Positions 13,229 through 25,683 of a DNA stretch of 64,000 bases are shown in pieces. Numbering within the stretch: the first letter of the stretch is position 1; each line of letters starts with the position of its first letter. This stretch comes from Octopus sinensis (taxonomy: Eukaryota). Under the pieces are notes generated by a model. The model saw only the letters and a program-made list of their open reading frames with translations. It was not told the origin of the DNA and did no database searches. A program made the position numbers and the translations under genes. Location of the stretch: assembly GCF_006345805.1 (NCBI RefSeq), contig NC_042997.1:128340001-128404000 (forward strand), given 5' to 3'.

Positions 13229-15703
13229 ATGACTAACCTAGCTTTTAATCTCTCTAGTATTGCAAGAAAAAAGGTGCCAACAAAATACTGAGAAAAATCA
13301 TAAAAGGACAGACAATATGAGGCATGATAGCTAAGAACATCCAATAATAATATCACTAAGTAATTTCCTTCAGTGATTTATTTTCCAATAATATAGATGC
13401 TTTGAAAACAAATTTTATTAATATCACCTGATATTATTGGTTAACTTCACAATAATAACTCCCATCCAAACTACCACTATTAACACATGCACTGGTAAGG
13501 ATTGAACAAAATTGTTAATTTCAAGATTATGAGTTGTTGGAGGTTGGTTAGCTTGACCTACAGCTTTACCAACTATCATAAGTTTTAAAAGTGAGCTAGA
13601 TGAAATAACTTAAGTGGACCAGTGGTATGAATTTAAACAATTCAAGTGGGTGGTAATGCCAACAATTCTAAATGAAATTAAATTTGCCTTTTAGTTGGTG
13701 AAAAGAAACAAAAATTTGATTGCATTTGTTAGCAACTTTTAAAGAAAAGGGAATATAATTTCAAGAAAATTTGAATTAATTTCACTGAGAATTGCTTCAG
13801 GTTAATAAACTGGTGGCTGGGATGCATTTCAATCTTATTTAACCTCATCAGTGGGGCATAATCTTCTCAAAGCTTTGTTGGTTAGGTCACACAATTGCCA
13901 GATACAGAGAATAGTTAATGAAAAAAACACAGAATGGAAATTGACAGAATTAGTATAATTCCATTTCTCTGATTTTTATATCCATTCCTATGAATTTCAA
14001 ATGAAGAGAAGTTACAGTGTTCTACATATTTATCAGATGTTTACCTGATGCTTTATATGAAATGTTTACTACAGACTCTGTATCTTGAATTTATCAGACT
14101 CTTTGCATCAAATGTTTAACAGATACTTGCTGTCACATATCAGATACTCTGTACCTTGTATTTATCAGATATTCTATACCACATTCGGTACCACGTATCC
14201 GGCTGTTGCCTTGCAACTGCATGGCTTCACTTTACTACTCTGTGTGATAGGATTGAACTCAATATCACTACTCAGTGCCTTGAGCAAATATATTCTTCTA
14301 TAGTCTTAAGTTTTAAGTAGGTCAATGATATGAATTTAAACAATTCAAGTAGGTAATGGTGCCGAGTATTACAGGAGATGGAAACAATGTGCAAGTACGT
14401 TGGCAGGACCATTCACATTCAGAAATCTAGTTTAACATGATTATCTGAACATTGGGTACGTTTTGTGGATCTCACTTGTTGCAAGCATTTTCACTTGGTA
14501 TCTGATCTGAATATAACTTCCTTACTTCCTTCAGTCTTGGAGACTCAGAAAATAATTGTGGCTGACTGCCCTTCTTCCTCTGACTAAACCATTAAAAAGA
14601 TTTAAAAAACTTGTTAACAGTTGAAATATTCTTGTGACATATTCAAAACCATAAGGAAGATATTTGCTGTTTTTTGTCATGGAGAAAAATTGTTGCTGCT
14701 GATGAATAGGTGTAAACATTCCAAGTCAATTTAAGACTTCCCCTACCCAGACGATGGATACATGCAGTTTGGAATAGTTATCTCCTCTTCAGCACTGAAC
14801 ACTGGAAAAGGAAGTGCTATGGACTGACAACAAAAGACCAGGTCTCTCTAATTCTCTCCCTTTTATATTTGTACACATCACTGCTTAGTCTTCTAATCTG
14901 TATTAAAAAGAAAATATATCTTGTATTTATGAGATACTCTGTACTAAGTATTTATTGAACACTCTGTACCACATGTTTATCAGATGCTTCAAGTCAAATT
15001 ACTAGGAAGTAAAACTTAAATAATAAGGTACAGTTTGCTAAATTATTCTCTTGTTTCAAGTTTGAGTTATGTGACCTATCACACCCTTATGTCAAAACAA
15101 TAAGAATAATGAGCACACAACGAGTAGAAAGTACTTGTGAGATTTTAAAATACTCAAATGTTTGAAGCTATATTAAATATATATGTGTATATCAAATATG
15201 TATGTATATGCATTCACATATATGTGTGTGTTTGAGTGTGTATATACCATATATGTATATACATATACACATTGCATTGCCACATCAATATTTTGCCTGC
15301 ATTAATGTTATTTAATGCCTGCATTAATGTTATTTACCATCTCTCAGCAACCTTCATCTCCTCTACTTTCTCTTCTCTCTCTCTCTCTCTCCCCACACCC
15401 CTTTCTCTCTGGCAGATTGTAATCCTCTCCACAATCCTTTTCTCATTTCCCTTGATTCTAATACTATTGCCTAAACATGTTTCATTCCTTTTGAACTTGG
15501 ATTCTCTACCTATCACTTCATTCACTTTTACATTTCTCTCTTTTGTTCAAAGGCTAACAATCTGCTCTTGATTTTTTTCTTATCAGATCAGTCTTGGTCT
15601 GTTTCTTTTTTTTTTTTGTCACTCTAGTCAAAAGACCTTCATTATTTAATATTCTTTGTCACTCCATTACAAGTTGTGTTTGTTTTAACCATAAAAGCTA
15701 AAT

Positions 15704-15913
15704 TTAACCCCTTTGTTAGCATATTTCTATTGAATACTCTGCCTTTGTTTCAACTATTTTTAAAAATGATGAATAACAGGAGTAAACAGATTGTCAATAT
15801 TAATCTGATATTTGTAATATAAATTAATGGGAAATTTTAGTCGAAATTTTTGAAATCACTTTAAAACAAGCATCAGAGGTACTCTTGGGCAAGTTTGATA
15901 GCAAAAGGGTTAA
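15704..15913. mobile_element. piggyBac-type MITE
   Basis: Ends TTAA-CCCCTTTG and CAAAAGGG-TTAA, i.e. a TTAA target duplication with CCC/GGG termini; AT-rich non-coding interior of ~200 bp. Confidence 0.75.
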
Positions 15914-16220
15914 ATATTGTTGTACAATTTGAGTTAAGAGAGTTCTTGATGTTTGTCAAAATATGGTTGAGTTAGTGTGTTAGTTCAAATATCAATGCAT
16001 ACACTCAAGTGTGTACATCTGTTCACATAAGAATATTGGATTGAGACTTTTTGAGTTATGACTTAAACAAAACTTGACTTAAACAGGATTCGAATAATCC
16101 TATCAGGTGGTGCTATTAAGTTAGACATGGCCTGGACCAATCTTTGGTTGAAACATATCTAAGTTTATCTAAGTTTATATTTGCATGTTTGTAGGTAGAT
16201 ATGTACATATCTATATACAC

Positions 16221-16406
16221 AGGTTACTGTTTACGAAAAAAACAAAAGACGAAGACAGGTGGTGTACAAAACAAGCAGATGTATTAGTATAACGCTCAGG
16301 AATCGAAAAAATGCCTTTTACGTTTCAAGCCTACGCTCTTCTACAGAAAGGAACACAGAAAAAACAAGGAGAGAAAAATATGTGTGTAGTGGCTAATGAT
16401 CTATCT
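16221..16406 (-). mobile_element. ~185-bp Penelope-LTR-like repeat with a hammerhead-ribozyme-like motif (copy 1)
   Basis: Reverse complement aligns with 33927-34105 and contains CCTTT-CTGTAGA-A-GAGC-GTAG-GCTT-GAAACGTA-AAAGG. Confidence 0.7.
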
Positions 16407-16525
16407 ATCTATATATATATCATGTGGACGATCATATTTTCAGCTGGGACATTACAACCATAATGATAGTTCAAGTGCTTCAATTCTGTATATGTACATA
16501 TATTTACTTGATTGCTAACATTTAC

Positions 16526-16604
16526 CAATGGTTTCTCCCATTGTTTTGATGTACCATTTTCTTTCATTAATAAAACTGTCAGCCTTTTTGATGACATGAG
16601 TATG
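16526..16604 (-). CDS. Candidate internal exon (HTHVIKKADSFINERKWYIKTMGETI), host gene unknown
   Basis: Acceptor ttattaataaactag, donor G|gtaaat; 79 nt open; protein-like composition; no recognised homology. Confidence 0.2.
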
Positions 16605-16800
16605 CTAGTTTATTAATAAAATATGTTTATCTAAGTCTACATTTTATATTGAGTTCCTGTCAGATAATGCTTCAATCAATGTTTGACATGTATGTTTAAA
16701 CACCTATGAAATACTTTATGATAACGAAAAATCTTTTACAGGATTTATGTTCCCTATAGTCTTAGTTATCTCTTAACAGTATTCTTTGAAGTAGATTGAT

Positions 16801-16832
<32 letters not shown>

Positions 16833-16840
16833 CATACATA

Positions 16841-17297
16841 CATCATCATCATCATCATCGTTTAACGTCTGCTTTCTATGCTAGCATGGGTTGGAAGATT
16901 TGACTGAGGACTGGCGAACCAGATGGCTGCACTAGGCTCCACTCTGATCTGGCAGAGTTTCTACAGATGGATGCCCTTCCTAACACCAACCACTCTGAGA
17001 GTGTAATTGGTACTTTTACGTGCCACCGGCACTAGGGCCAGTCAGGCGATATTGGCAACGGCCACACTCAAGTGGTGTTTTTTACGTGCCACCTGCACAG
17101 AAGCCAGTCCAGCAGCACTGGCAACCATCTCACCCGAATGTTTTTCACACGCTACTGGCACAAGTGCCAGTAAGGCAAATGGTGCTTTTTACATCCCACC
17201 AGCACATAAGCCAGTCATGTTCTGACAGCAATCACGCTCGGATGGTGCTCTTAGCACTCCACTAGCATGATTTCGATTTCACTTGCCTCAACAGGTC

Positions 17298-17300
<3 letters not shown>
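16841..17300 (-). mobile_element. SINE family C (internal ~65-bp VNTR, ttggcgttaggaagggcatccagc block, (GAT)n tail)
   Basis: Homologous to copies at 27555-28110, 29725-30245, 32428-32770 and 32870-33055, with fragments at about 3200-3330, 7515-7720, 29100-29280, 30862-30985, 33525-33710, 41790-42030 and 60120-60470. Confidence 0.9.
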
Positions 17301-17331
<31 letters not shown>

Positions 17332-18140
17332 GTACACACAAACACACAATTTTTAATCAACAAATGAGAGAAAGATAAATCAATATATGTAATAGTATTT
17401 TGTATTTATATATCATCATTTTATATTTGTTTTCCATGATGGCATGTTTTGGGCAAGTGTCATGGTCCAAGTCCTTTCTTTTTAGGAACTACTGCATTTA
17501 TAGACTAGTACTTATACATGTCATTTTGGGTTAGATTATATAGCTAGATGACTTTCCTATCATCAATCTCTTTAAAGTGCATACTGTGTAGATTTTCTTG
17601 TGACACTAACAGCAAAGGGTTTGGTAAGTCCTTAGTGAGACAGGGTTAAAAGAACCTTTCAACCCTCCAGCTCCACTCATTTTCCATATACTTTACAGTT
17701 TATACTAGGCACATTTTTTGTGGCACCTACACTAGAGAGGTTATCACATCCTCAGTGAAACAACTAATGGATCTCTCAACCCTACTTTATTTATGTTCTC
17801 TCATCAGAGAACTCAGTAACCGAAGACATACTTTTACTCAGGCAATACGATTAAAGTCTGGATGGGTGAGTGAAAAGAGCATGAGCAGGATGGTAGAGAC
17901 AGTTAGTGGAGTGGAGATAACAATAACAGTGTTGGATGAAGCAAAAGTAGATGATGGATGACAAAGAGAAGCAATTCAGAGAATGAGGGAGAGCGAGAGA
18001 GAGGGTGGTGGATGGGAGGTCAGACAGGGGGAAGTCAAGCAGTTGGGATGCAGATGGTTAAATGCTTAGAGATGCATAGTGAGAAGAACTATCCAATGCA
18101 GTCTCTTAAACATGAGCTAGTGAAAGGAGAGTGTAGTAGA

Positions 18141-18369
18141 TTAACCCTTTCAAATTCTGTATTTAGTTTGAGATGTTCTGTGTTTCTTTCAATTACTTTA
18201 AATATAACAAAGAATTTAGTAAAATAATTTAGTTATCATTCAGCTAGTGTTAGGAACATAAATTCTGAGTTAGGTTTGGTGGAGGATTTTAATTCAAAAC
18301 TTATGAAAACGAGACATTTGTACTTGGAGCCAGAGCCGGTTTCAACCGGGTTAGTAACGAACGGGTTAA
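18141..18369. mobile_element. piggyBac-type MITE (second family)
   Basis: Ends TTAA-CCCTTTC and GAACGGG-TTAA; the interior is unrelated to the 15704 element. Confidence 0.75.
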
Positions 18370-19419
18370 AGATGATGGTGGTAAGGAGGGTTAGGCAGTG
18401 TAACGAGGACGGTTGTGATGGGGAACCATTTGTCATTTGCAAGCATCACAGTTGTTGAGAGGAGAGATGGAAAGATATGAGTGATAGGGAAATGATTGAA
18501 GTGAGTGGGGAAATGGAAAGAAGATGAAACATGCACACAGGTAGAGTGATGGGAATAGATCAATAGTCTCCCATACAGTGACCTAACAAAAGGTGGGAGT
18601 GGCAGTTTGATGGGATGGTGGTAAGGAGGAGCAACCATTCATAGTTTGTAATCATCATTGGTGTCAGGGAGATAAGAGGTGGAGTGGTATGAATGATTGA
18701 AAGATGATTGAAGTGAATGGGGAGATGAGTGAAGGAGTATATATATATATGTGTGTGTGTGTATATATATATATATAAAACCATAAAAGTCTGATACTCT
18801 ACCGACTGAGCTATATATATATATATATGACAGTTTTAGGATTTTTGCCAGTTAATCACTGGAAATGAACCAGTTGTAATTGACTTGAAACTGTATGTAT
18901 TTCCCATGCAATATTTGTAATTTAAACATGTTTACATCATTTTTTGCTTTGTGTGCTGGTGAATGTAATAGTCCATCAAAAACAGGGAAACAAAAGCCTG
19001 TTAAAACATATTTTCTGATGTGGCATAATTATAGTTTGCAATAGTTTATTTACAGTACATAAAGGTGTATAAGTTGGCAGTGGTATAAACATTTCAGCTC
19101 TTGTACTTGTAAATAGATAGTGAAACCTTCAGATAATATTATGTGCAATGATTATCCCTTCAGTTTAATCCAGACACAGAGAACAGATACAGCCATAAAT
19201 TATTGAAGACAGAAGAATATTGGTGAATTAGTTAGGGTTGTGTTATGTTTGAAACTTACACACTTATTCAGTTGTGCCCACACAAGCTTACATGAATAAA
19301 TATAGCTAAGGTCTATTGGCAATTGGTACAAAATGAAAACGAAAAACAATGGGAAATAACCTTGTTACTAATGCAAGTAGGGTTTCTCCTACCTGTTTAT
19401 GATGATCTGTTATTACTAT

Positions 19420-19542
19420 TATTTCAACTTTGCTTTCATCCTTATGAGGTTGGCTAAATAAGTCCCAGTTAAGTACTGGGATCAATGTAATTGACTTTTC
19501 CTCTTCCCCCAAATTTCAGGTCTTGTACCAATACTAGAAAGG

Positions 19543-19586
<44 letters not shown>

Positions 19587-20223
19587 GGCAGCAAGCTGGC
19601 AGAATTGTTAGCATGCTGGGTAAGATGCTTAGCAGTATTTTGTCCGTCTTTACATTCTAAGTTCAAATTTCTCCAGAGTCAATGAATAAATACCAGTTGA
19701 GTAATGGGGTTGATGTAATCGACTCCCTCCCCCAAATTTCAGGTCTTGCTTGTGCCTATAGTAGAAAGGATTATTGTCATTATTATTATTATTTTTTAAG
19801 ATATCGCACAGTATCCAATATTGTGATGTTGATTGAAGATATTGTGTCTGCCAGGGGTTTCCACTGTCTGTCAAGTCACAAAAGGATCTCAGACAGACAG
19901 TACATTATGCAATATGCATGCTGTTCCAGGTAATGCTGATTTTTGCAATACACCTAGATTGTAGGGTGTTTTTAAAGTTTCCAGATGTTTCTTCAGGTTG
20001 GGTGGTATTGAACCCAATGCTCCAACGAGAATAGGGACAGCCTTTATGTTTGACACTCATAGCTGCTACATCTTGGTGATCTCAATTGTCAGGTCTCCAT
20101 ATTTATCAGTCTTTTTCATTTCTTTCATGATAATATGTTGATCTAGCACTGCCATGTCGATTATTAGGCATTCTTGTTTGTCCCTCCTAAAGGTTACTAT
20201 GTCTGGCCTTTGGTATTCTAACA

Positions 20224-20274
<51 letters not shown>

Positions 20275-20490
20275 GGCAGCTAGCTGGCAGAATTGTTAGC
20301 ATGCCAGGCAAGATGCTTAGTGGCATTTCATCCATTTGTATGTTCTGATTTCAAATCCTGCCAAGATTGACTTTGCGTTTCATCCTTTCAGGTTCAATAA
20401 AATAAGTACCAATTGAACATTGGGGTCAGTGTAATCACCTTAGCCCCTCTCCCAAACCTGCTAGCCATGTGCCAAAATGTGGAACCTTTT
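19420..20490 (+). mobile_element. Tandem array of three family B SINEs (tRNA head, Meta-like tttcatcctttc...ataaaataagtaccag core, (TTA)n tail) with a nested LINE fragment
   Basis: Copies at about 19420-19545, 19585-19790 and 20273-20490 lie in the same orientation, separated by (TTA)n tracts. Confidence 0.85.
19797..20220 (-). mobile_element. 5'-truncated non-LTR retrotransposon fragment with a restriction-like endonuclease domain (R4/Dong-like)
   Basis: One frame with two stops reads RPDIVTFRRDKQECLIIDMAV...KYGDLTIEITKM*QL*VSNIKAVPILVGALGSIPPNLKKHLETL...LQKSALPGTACILHNVLSV*. This is the typical RLE C-terminus. A short 3'UTR and (AAT)n follow. Confidence 0.85.
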
Positions 20491-20568
20491 TCACCCTTTA
20501 TTCCTCATTTAATCTTCAGCTCACAAGTATCATCTACATACAACTTAAGCACCTCATGTTAAATTTAC

Positions 20569-20658
20569 ATTTCACGAGCAGTAGCTTCAAAAACATCTTC
20601 CAATGCAGTCATACCAATCTTTTCTCTTTCAACAACACGAGGCAAAGTCACCAAACAT
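20569..20658 (-). CDS. Candidate internal exon (CLVTLPRVVEREKIGMTALEDVFEATARE), or a retroelement remnant
   Basis: Acceptor aatgctttctag, donor AT|gtaaat; 90 nt open (phase 2-2). A YVDDT motif just downstream (~20525-20545) could instead indicate a decayed reverse transcriptase. Confidence 0.2.
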
Positions 20659-21345
20659 CTAGAAAGCATTATTGTGCCCTACTCTACCTAAACATGAGCA
20701 GATTAGGAGAGTCAGCATAGGCTACTTGCATGGTCACCAACTCCCTTCATCAAACTAAGAAAATGAAATTCTGATGAATGATTGCTGGCACGACTATTTT
20801 CAATAGAGAGAGGGGATTGGTTTGTTACTAGGAGAGGTTGTAAAATGAGTTAGAGAGAGTGGTGGAGGGAAGAATTATGATAATTATGAAGAATTTATTT
20901 ACACTATCTGTCAAGCAGATTTATTGATTTTCTCACTCTCTTCTTTAAGTTAGATTAAGTATATAATAAATTATCTCAGGTCATGATATATATAATTCAT
21001 CAAATAGTTTTGTCTTCAACAAATAAATCTTGTTATAGAAAAATTTCTCTACTTTAGTTTTGATTTCCTTATCGTTTCTGAAGGAACAATATTTGTTGTT
21101 TTTGATTTGGTATATATTCCATTATTTCTTATAATTGCTTCAGTAATTAATGTTTTCTAACACATGGCCACATGTTTTGGGTGAGTGATGTGGTCAATTA
21201 AATTGACTACAGTACTTGGTTAGTACTCATTTTATCAACCCCAATCAATGGCACAATATGGGTTTTGGCTGCCTTGTGTAACAACCAAATTGGCTGCCCT
21301 ATCTCCTAAAGCATAATAAACCTTTGACTATAGCAAACACATATA

Positions 21346-22233
21346 TACTATGAGTACCAAAAAGTAATGTCATATTTTCAAGCAAATAATCTGTCATTCC
21401 ACAAATAGTTTAGAAACCAAGGGTATCCTTGCAACCACCCAATTGATCAATTGCTAATATGGACACATGCTGTATGTATGTGTGTGTGTGTTTGTATGTA
21501 ATAGTCCATGGAAGACAAGGCTTAGTGAGCTATGTATTCAGCATTACATGCTTTATGGATTTTATAAGGACAACAAAGCAACATACAGAAGGGAAAACAT
21601 ATACATGCATATCCTGATAGTGTAAGTGTTTGGAAATGCCAAAGGTGGTTTAACAAATTCAAAAATAGTGACTTCAATCTTTTGGAACTAGGAAGATCAC
21701 CTGTTCTCAATAATGACACAGTGAAGACAGCAATTGAAGAGGATCTGTCAAAACATTTGGGACTTATCCTGGAGTTTTAATAAACCTTGGTCCACTGTGT
21801 AAGGTCATCACTAGCAGACTGAGATTAGTAGATAGAGAAGAAAAGTGGGTACCTCATGAGTTGTCCTCTAAGAATAAAGCTGTGTGTTCTATAAGGTAAA
21901 CCAAGAATAGATAAATTCATTAGACTTGAAAGTTCTACCTCACCCTTCCTGCTCACCAGACCTAGTACCATCAGATTTTCAATTATTTGGGTGACTTGAA
22001 TACCTTACCAATGGAAAAACATCCATGGGCAAGGACAATACTGAAGCAGCACTCCAAATGCTGTTCTATTAAAGAATCTGTTTTTTTGTTTTTTTGCCCA
22101 AGTAATCAGAAAACTAGTTTCAAGGTGGGGAAACAATGGCAATTATATTTTGAATTAATAAAACTATATATGTTTTATATAGATTTGAAATCATTACATG
22201 AAGTGTAACATTACTTTTTGGTACTTCCTAATA
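21346..22233 (+). mobile_element. Internally deleted, decayed mariner element
   Basis: Terminal inverted repeats share agtaccaaaaagtaatg / cattactttttggtact. The + strand reads CQRWFNKFKNSDFNLLELGRSPVLNNDTVKTAIEED (HTH region) and WVPHEL at ~21847. Confidence 0.85.
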
Positions 22234-23786
22234 TAAAGTGGCCATCTTGGGTAGTCTGTACCCCCCATGCCATGTCATTGAGCTCAAAGAGGAAGAAAAG
22301 ATAAGTCTATCTTGGCAGGATTTGAAAATGAGACACAGTAACTAAATTCTGAAGGAAATTTTGTACAACACTTTACCAAATTCATAATCCACCACTACAA
22401 ATTTGTTAACCATCACTCATTACTATAGTAGATATTGTTAACATTATTTTAACTTTCTTTTATCTGAATTTGTTGGTCTAACAATTTGGAATAACCAGAG
22501 ATAACAAGAGAAAAATAAACATTAAAGGAAGGAAACTGTTAAAATTCTATAGTCAAATTTACATTGTTAACATTAGGAAACATAACATTATTAAATAGTA
22601 GTTAATTAACTGGAATGGGAAAAAAATGGAAAGTTCTTTTTCTAACTTCCTGTAAATGGTGATTAGATATTTAAGTTTTGACTATGAAATCTATATCTCA
22701 ACTCTTTGATGGCTTCAATTATTCAGTTCTTCATACACCATGCAAGAGACAAAAGAGAAGGTATTTGGGAAGAGATAATGTATTTGGAAAGAGGTAATCT
22801 ATTAAAATAACATTATTTATTTATTTATTTTTGACTAAACTATTCAGTTGGCCATAAACAGTTCAATGTCAGAAGGTTAACACAATATTTTATTCAAACT
22901 AAAAATAAATTAAAAATTTTTATAAAGTTAGGCTTTAATTAACAAATTGGATTATGTGTTTTGGCAGTTGTGTAGAAAATGAAATAATAAATTTCTGAAT
23001 TACTTCAAAGACTATTTTACCAAACTATCCAATATAGCAAAGCATCTCACCTTAATAGGGAAACTAGGAAATAATTCTTTAATACCCAAACTACGAAACA
23101 TTTTAATATCCTAACTAGAAAAATATGTAAACTTCACATCCAAACTAGGAAAATATCTTACACTAACATTATGAGGGAATGTATTACTACTATTTTAACA
23201 GATCCATCAGAGTGTTTACTCAACTTTTTCAAAAATCATGTCATGTATTGATTTTAAATTGATGATAATGTTTCTTTTTTTTTTTAATTCATTACTTGAT
23301 TCTTTTTTTAATAAATTAATTTTTAGAAAATGAATTTCCAGAGAATCAAAAAAGAAATGAATATAAATTAAAATGAAACAAAATTAGACATTGCTAATTA
23401 AATCAAAAGAGTTATGTAATCAATGAATGATAAATGTGATACAAAATATCTGAAATACATAGAGGGATATGGGTGTGGTATGGAGAAAGGTTGAAAAATG
23501 TGGGAGATAAAGGATACAAATTTGGTAATAGATGACATGGTTGAGGAATTAATGAAAGATGTAGCTGAGATACAATCAAATAAAAAAAAACCCTGAAGTT
23601 TCTAAATATTCATTGGATTTCCTACTTACATTTGATGAATGTGGTTTAAGAGAAGAACTGGCTGAAGGAAAGATCTGATGATTGAAAGAGAGGGAATACT
23701 ATAGTGATATAAATACTGTTTACTCTGACATAATGTGTAAGGGAGATGCAGGTGGTGGTGGTGGTGGTGGTGGTGGTGATGGTGAC

Positions 23787-23826
<40 letters not shown>

Positions 23827-23889
23827 ATAGTAGTAGTAAAAACATTTACTTCCTTTTCAAAGAGGAGAGGAATACAGCTTATTTTAGGA

Positions 23890-24070
23890 TAGGAATATAA
23901 CTGGCTGCAAGGTAAGAGTACAGCTTGTTGTAAGGTAGAAAAAAGTTAGCTGCTGATCAGGAGTATAGCTGGTTGTAGGGTTGAAGTATGGTTTGTTGTA
24001 GGGTGGAATATAGCTAGTTGTAGGGTAGAGTGGAGCTAATTGTAGGGCAGGAGTGGAGCTAGTTTTAGGT
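23890..24070. repeat. Degenerate ~22-23-bp minisatellite (gagtatagctggttgtagggt..)
   Basis: About 7 diverged tandem units, read directly. Confidence 0.7.
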
Positions 24071-24811
24071 TAGGACAGCTACTGTTGTTGCTGCTGAGTA
24101 ACTCCTGTCCAATAAACTCTCTGGTACATTTAACAGGTGTAGTCTTAACTACTTTAGTAAACCACAGTCAATCTGATATTGATAACATTATGCACTGTCT
24201 GACATGGTGATAGTGGTAGTCAATCTCTTGATTGAACCACAAATGCTGTTTCCATTGGTTTTATGAAATGCTGATACTATTTATAGTTACAATTTCTGGC
24301 AGAAGTGTCATCATTTATTGATCATGGAGTGAGAGCAAGATTTGAACATAGAATGCACAGAGCTGGAATGGCTAATGTAAGGCATCATGACTGACTTTCT
24401 AACAATTTGGCCAATCCTCCACCCTAGACTGGTGCTAATTTTTTTTATTAACTGTGAAAGGTTGAAAGGTAAAGTTGAACATGATAGGATTTTAACTCAG
24501 TGCACAGAAAGTCAGAACAAATATTGCCATGCATTGAGCTCAGCATTCTATTGACTTTGTCAAAATGAGTATATAAAAGTTATGATGCCTATTGAGACAG
24601 AAACATATGTCCACAGCTGTCCTCTTGTCTTCATATAATCAGATTATTTTTCACTTATTAATATATCAATTCTGGAGAAATCTTGATACCGTTGTTTTAT
24701 CTTTTCTGGAAGGGATGGTGATTTCAGATTGAAAAATTAACTTGTATAGTATCTAATATACCTTCATTCATTTGTTTGTGTGTATTTTGTGTATATATTT
24801 ATATATATACA

Positions 24812-25683
24812 CAGGGGATGGTGAATAACTTGTTGTCTAAATTACACAAAAATGAAAATAACACTGACACCTCATTTTAACCAATATATTTACCGAAATG
24901 ACATAAAAATATCTTGAAATACTAACGAGTAAATTTATTCAATAAAATCGCTATTGGCTTCAACCAGACAACTTGGAAATCTCTTGCAACTCTTCTGGAG
25001 GGTCTCCTTGCGTAAGTTGGTGAATGCTGCCATAATCTTTGTATTCAGTTCATCTTCGGTATTAGGAGTTTAGTTGATATCTCATTCAACTGTGCCCCAC
25101 ACATAATAATCAAGGGGTTTGCAGTGTGGGGAGTTAGGTAGCCCGATGTTAGCGGTGATGTGGTCACAGAAATTGTTTGACAGCCATGACTGGGTTCTCC
25201 TGCTTGTGTAGCATGGTGCAGAGTCTTGTTGCCAGACACAGGGTCTTCCAGCAGCCACCCTCTTGACCCAGGGCAGCATTACCTACTCCAGGCACTTCAT
25301 GTAGTCCTCTATGTTGAGTGTGAGGCTGTGTGGGAAGATGAATGGTGGCATAATGTTGCCATTACTAGCAATAACTCCTAACAATATGATGTTAACTGGA
25401 TGTTTGATTTGATTTTTATCACTCTCAGTACATGACTTCAGTTTGCACTGCCCTCAGATTGACACCCAGACACTCTGAAATGTTCATACTGGGGCTTCCA
25501 GTGTGAATGCCAAGCAGTACTGCATGTCGTTTCCAAATTTCTAGCAGAGTGAATTGTGTCATGATGCTGTTTTTCTCACAGACGATGTCCAACTGACCCT
25601 ACAATACTGTGTAGTCGACAAAATCAAAAATAATGTGCAAAATTAAAAATATAAAATGGTGACAATTTATCCATCGCACCTGG
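24812..25683 (-). mobile_element. Internally deleted Tc1/mariner element, DD37D (maT-type) transposase remnant
   Basis: WQQDSAPCYTSRRTQSWLSNNFCDHITANIGLPNSPHCKPLDYYVWG has 37 residues between the QQD aspartate and the LDY aspartate. The C-terminal LVEANSDFIE* is present, with degenerate CAGG.. inverted ends in TA context. Confidence 0.9.

Noticed and set aside
16980-17270. Repeat-spacer-like pattern (ttttacgtgccacc units) resembling a CRISPR array
   Set aside because: This is the internal VNTR of a eukaryotic SINE. The intervening parts are homologous to each other and there are no cas genes.
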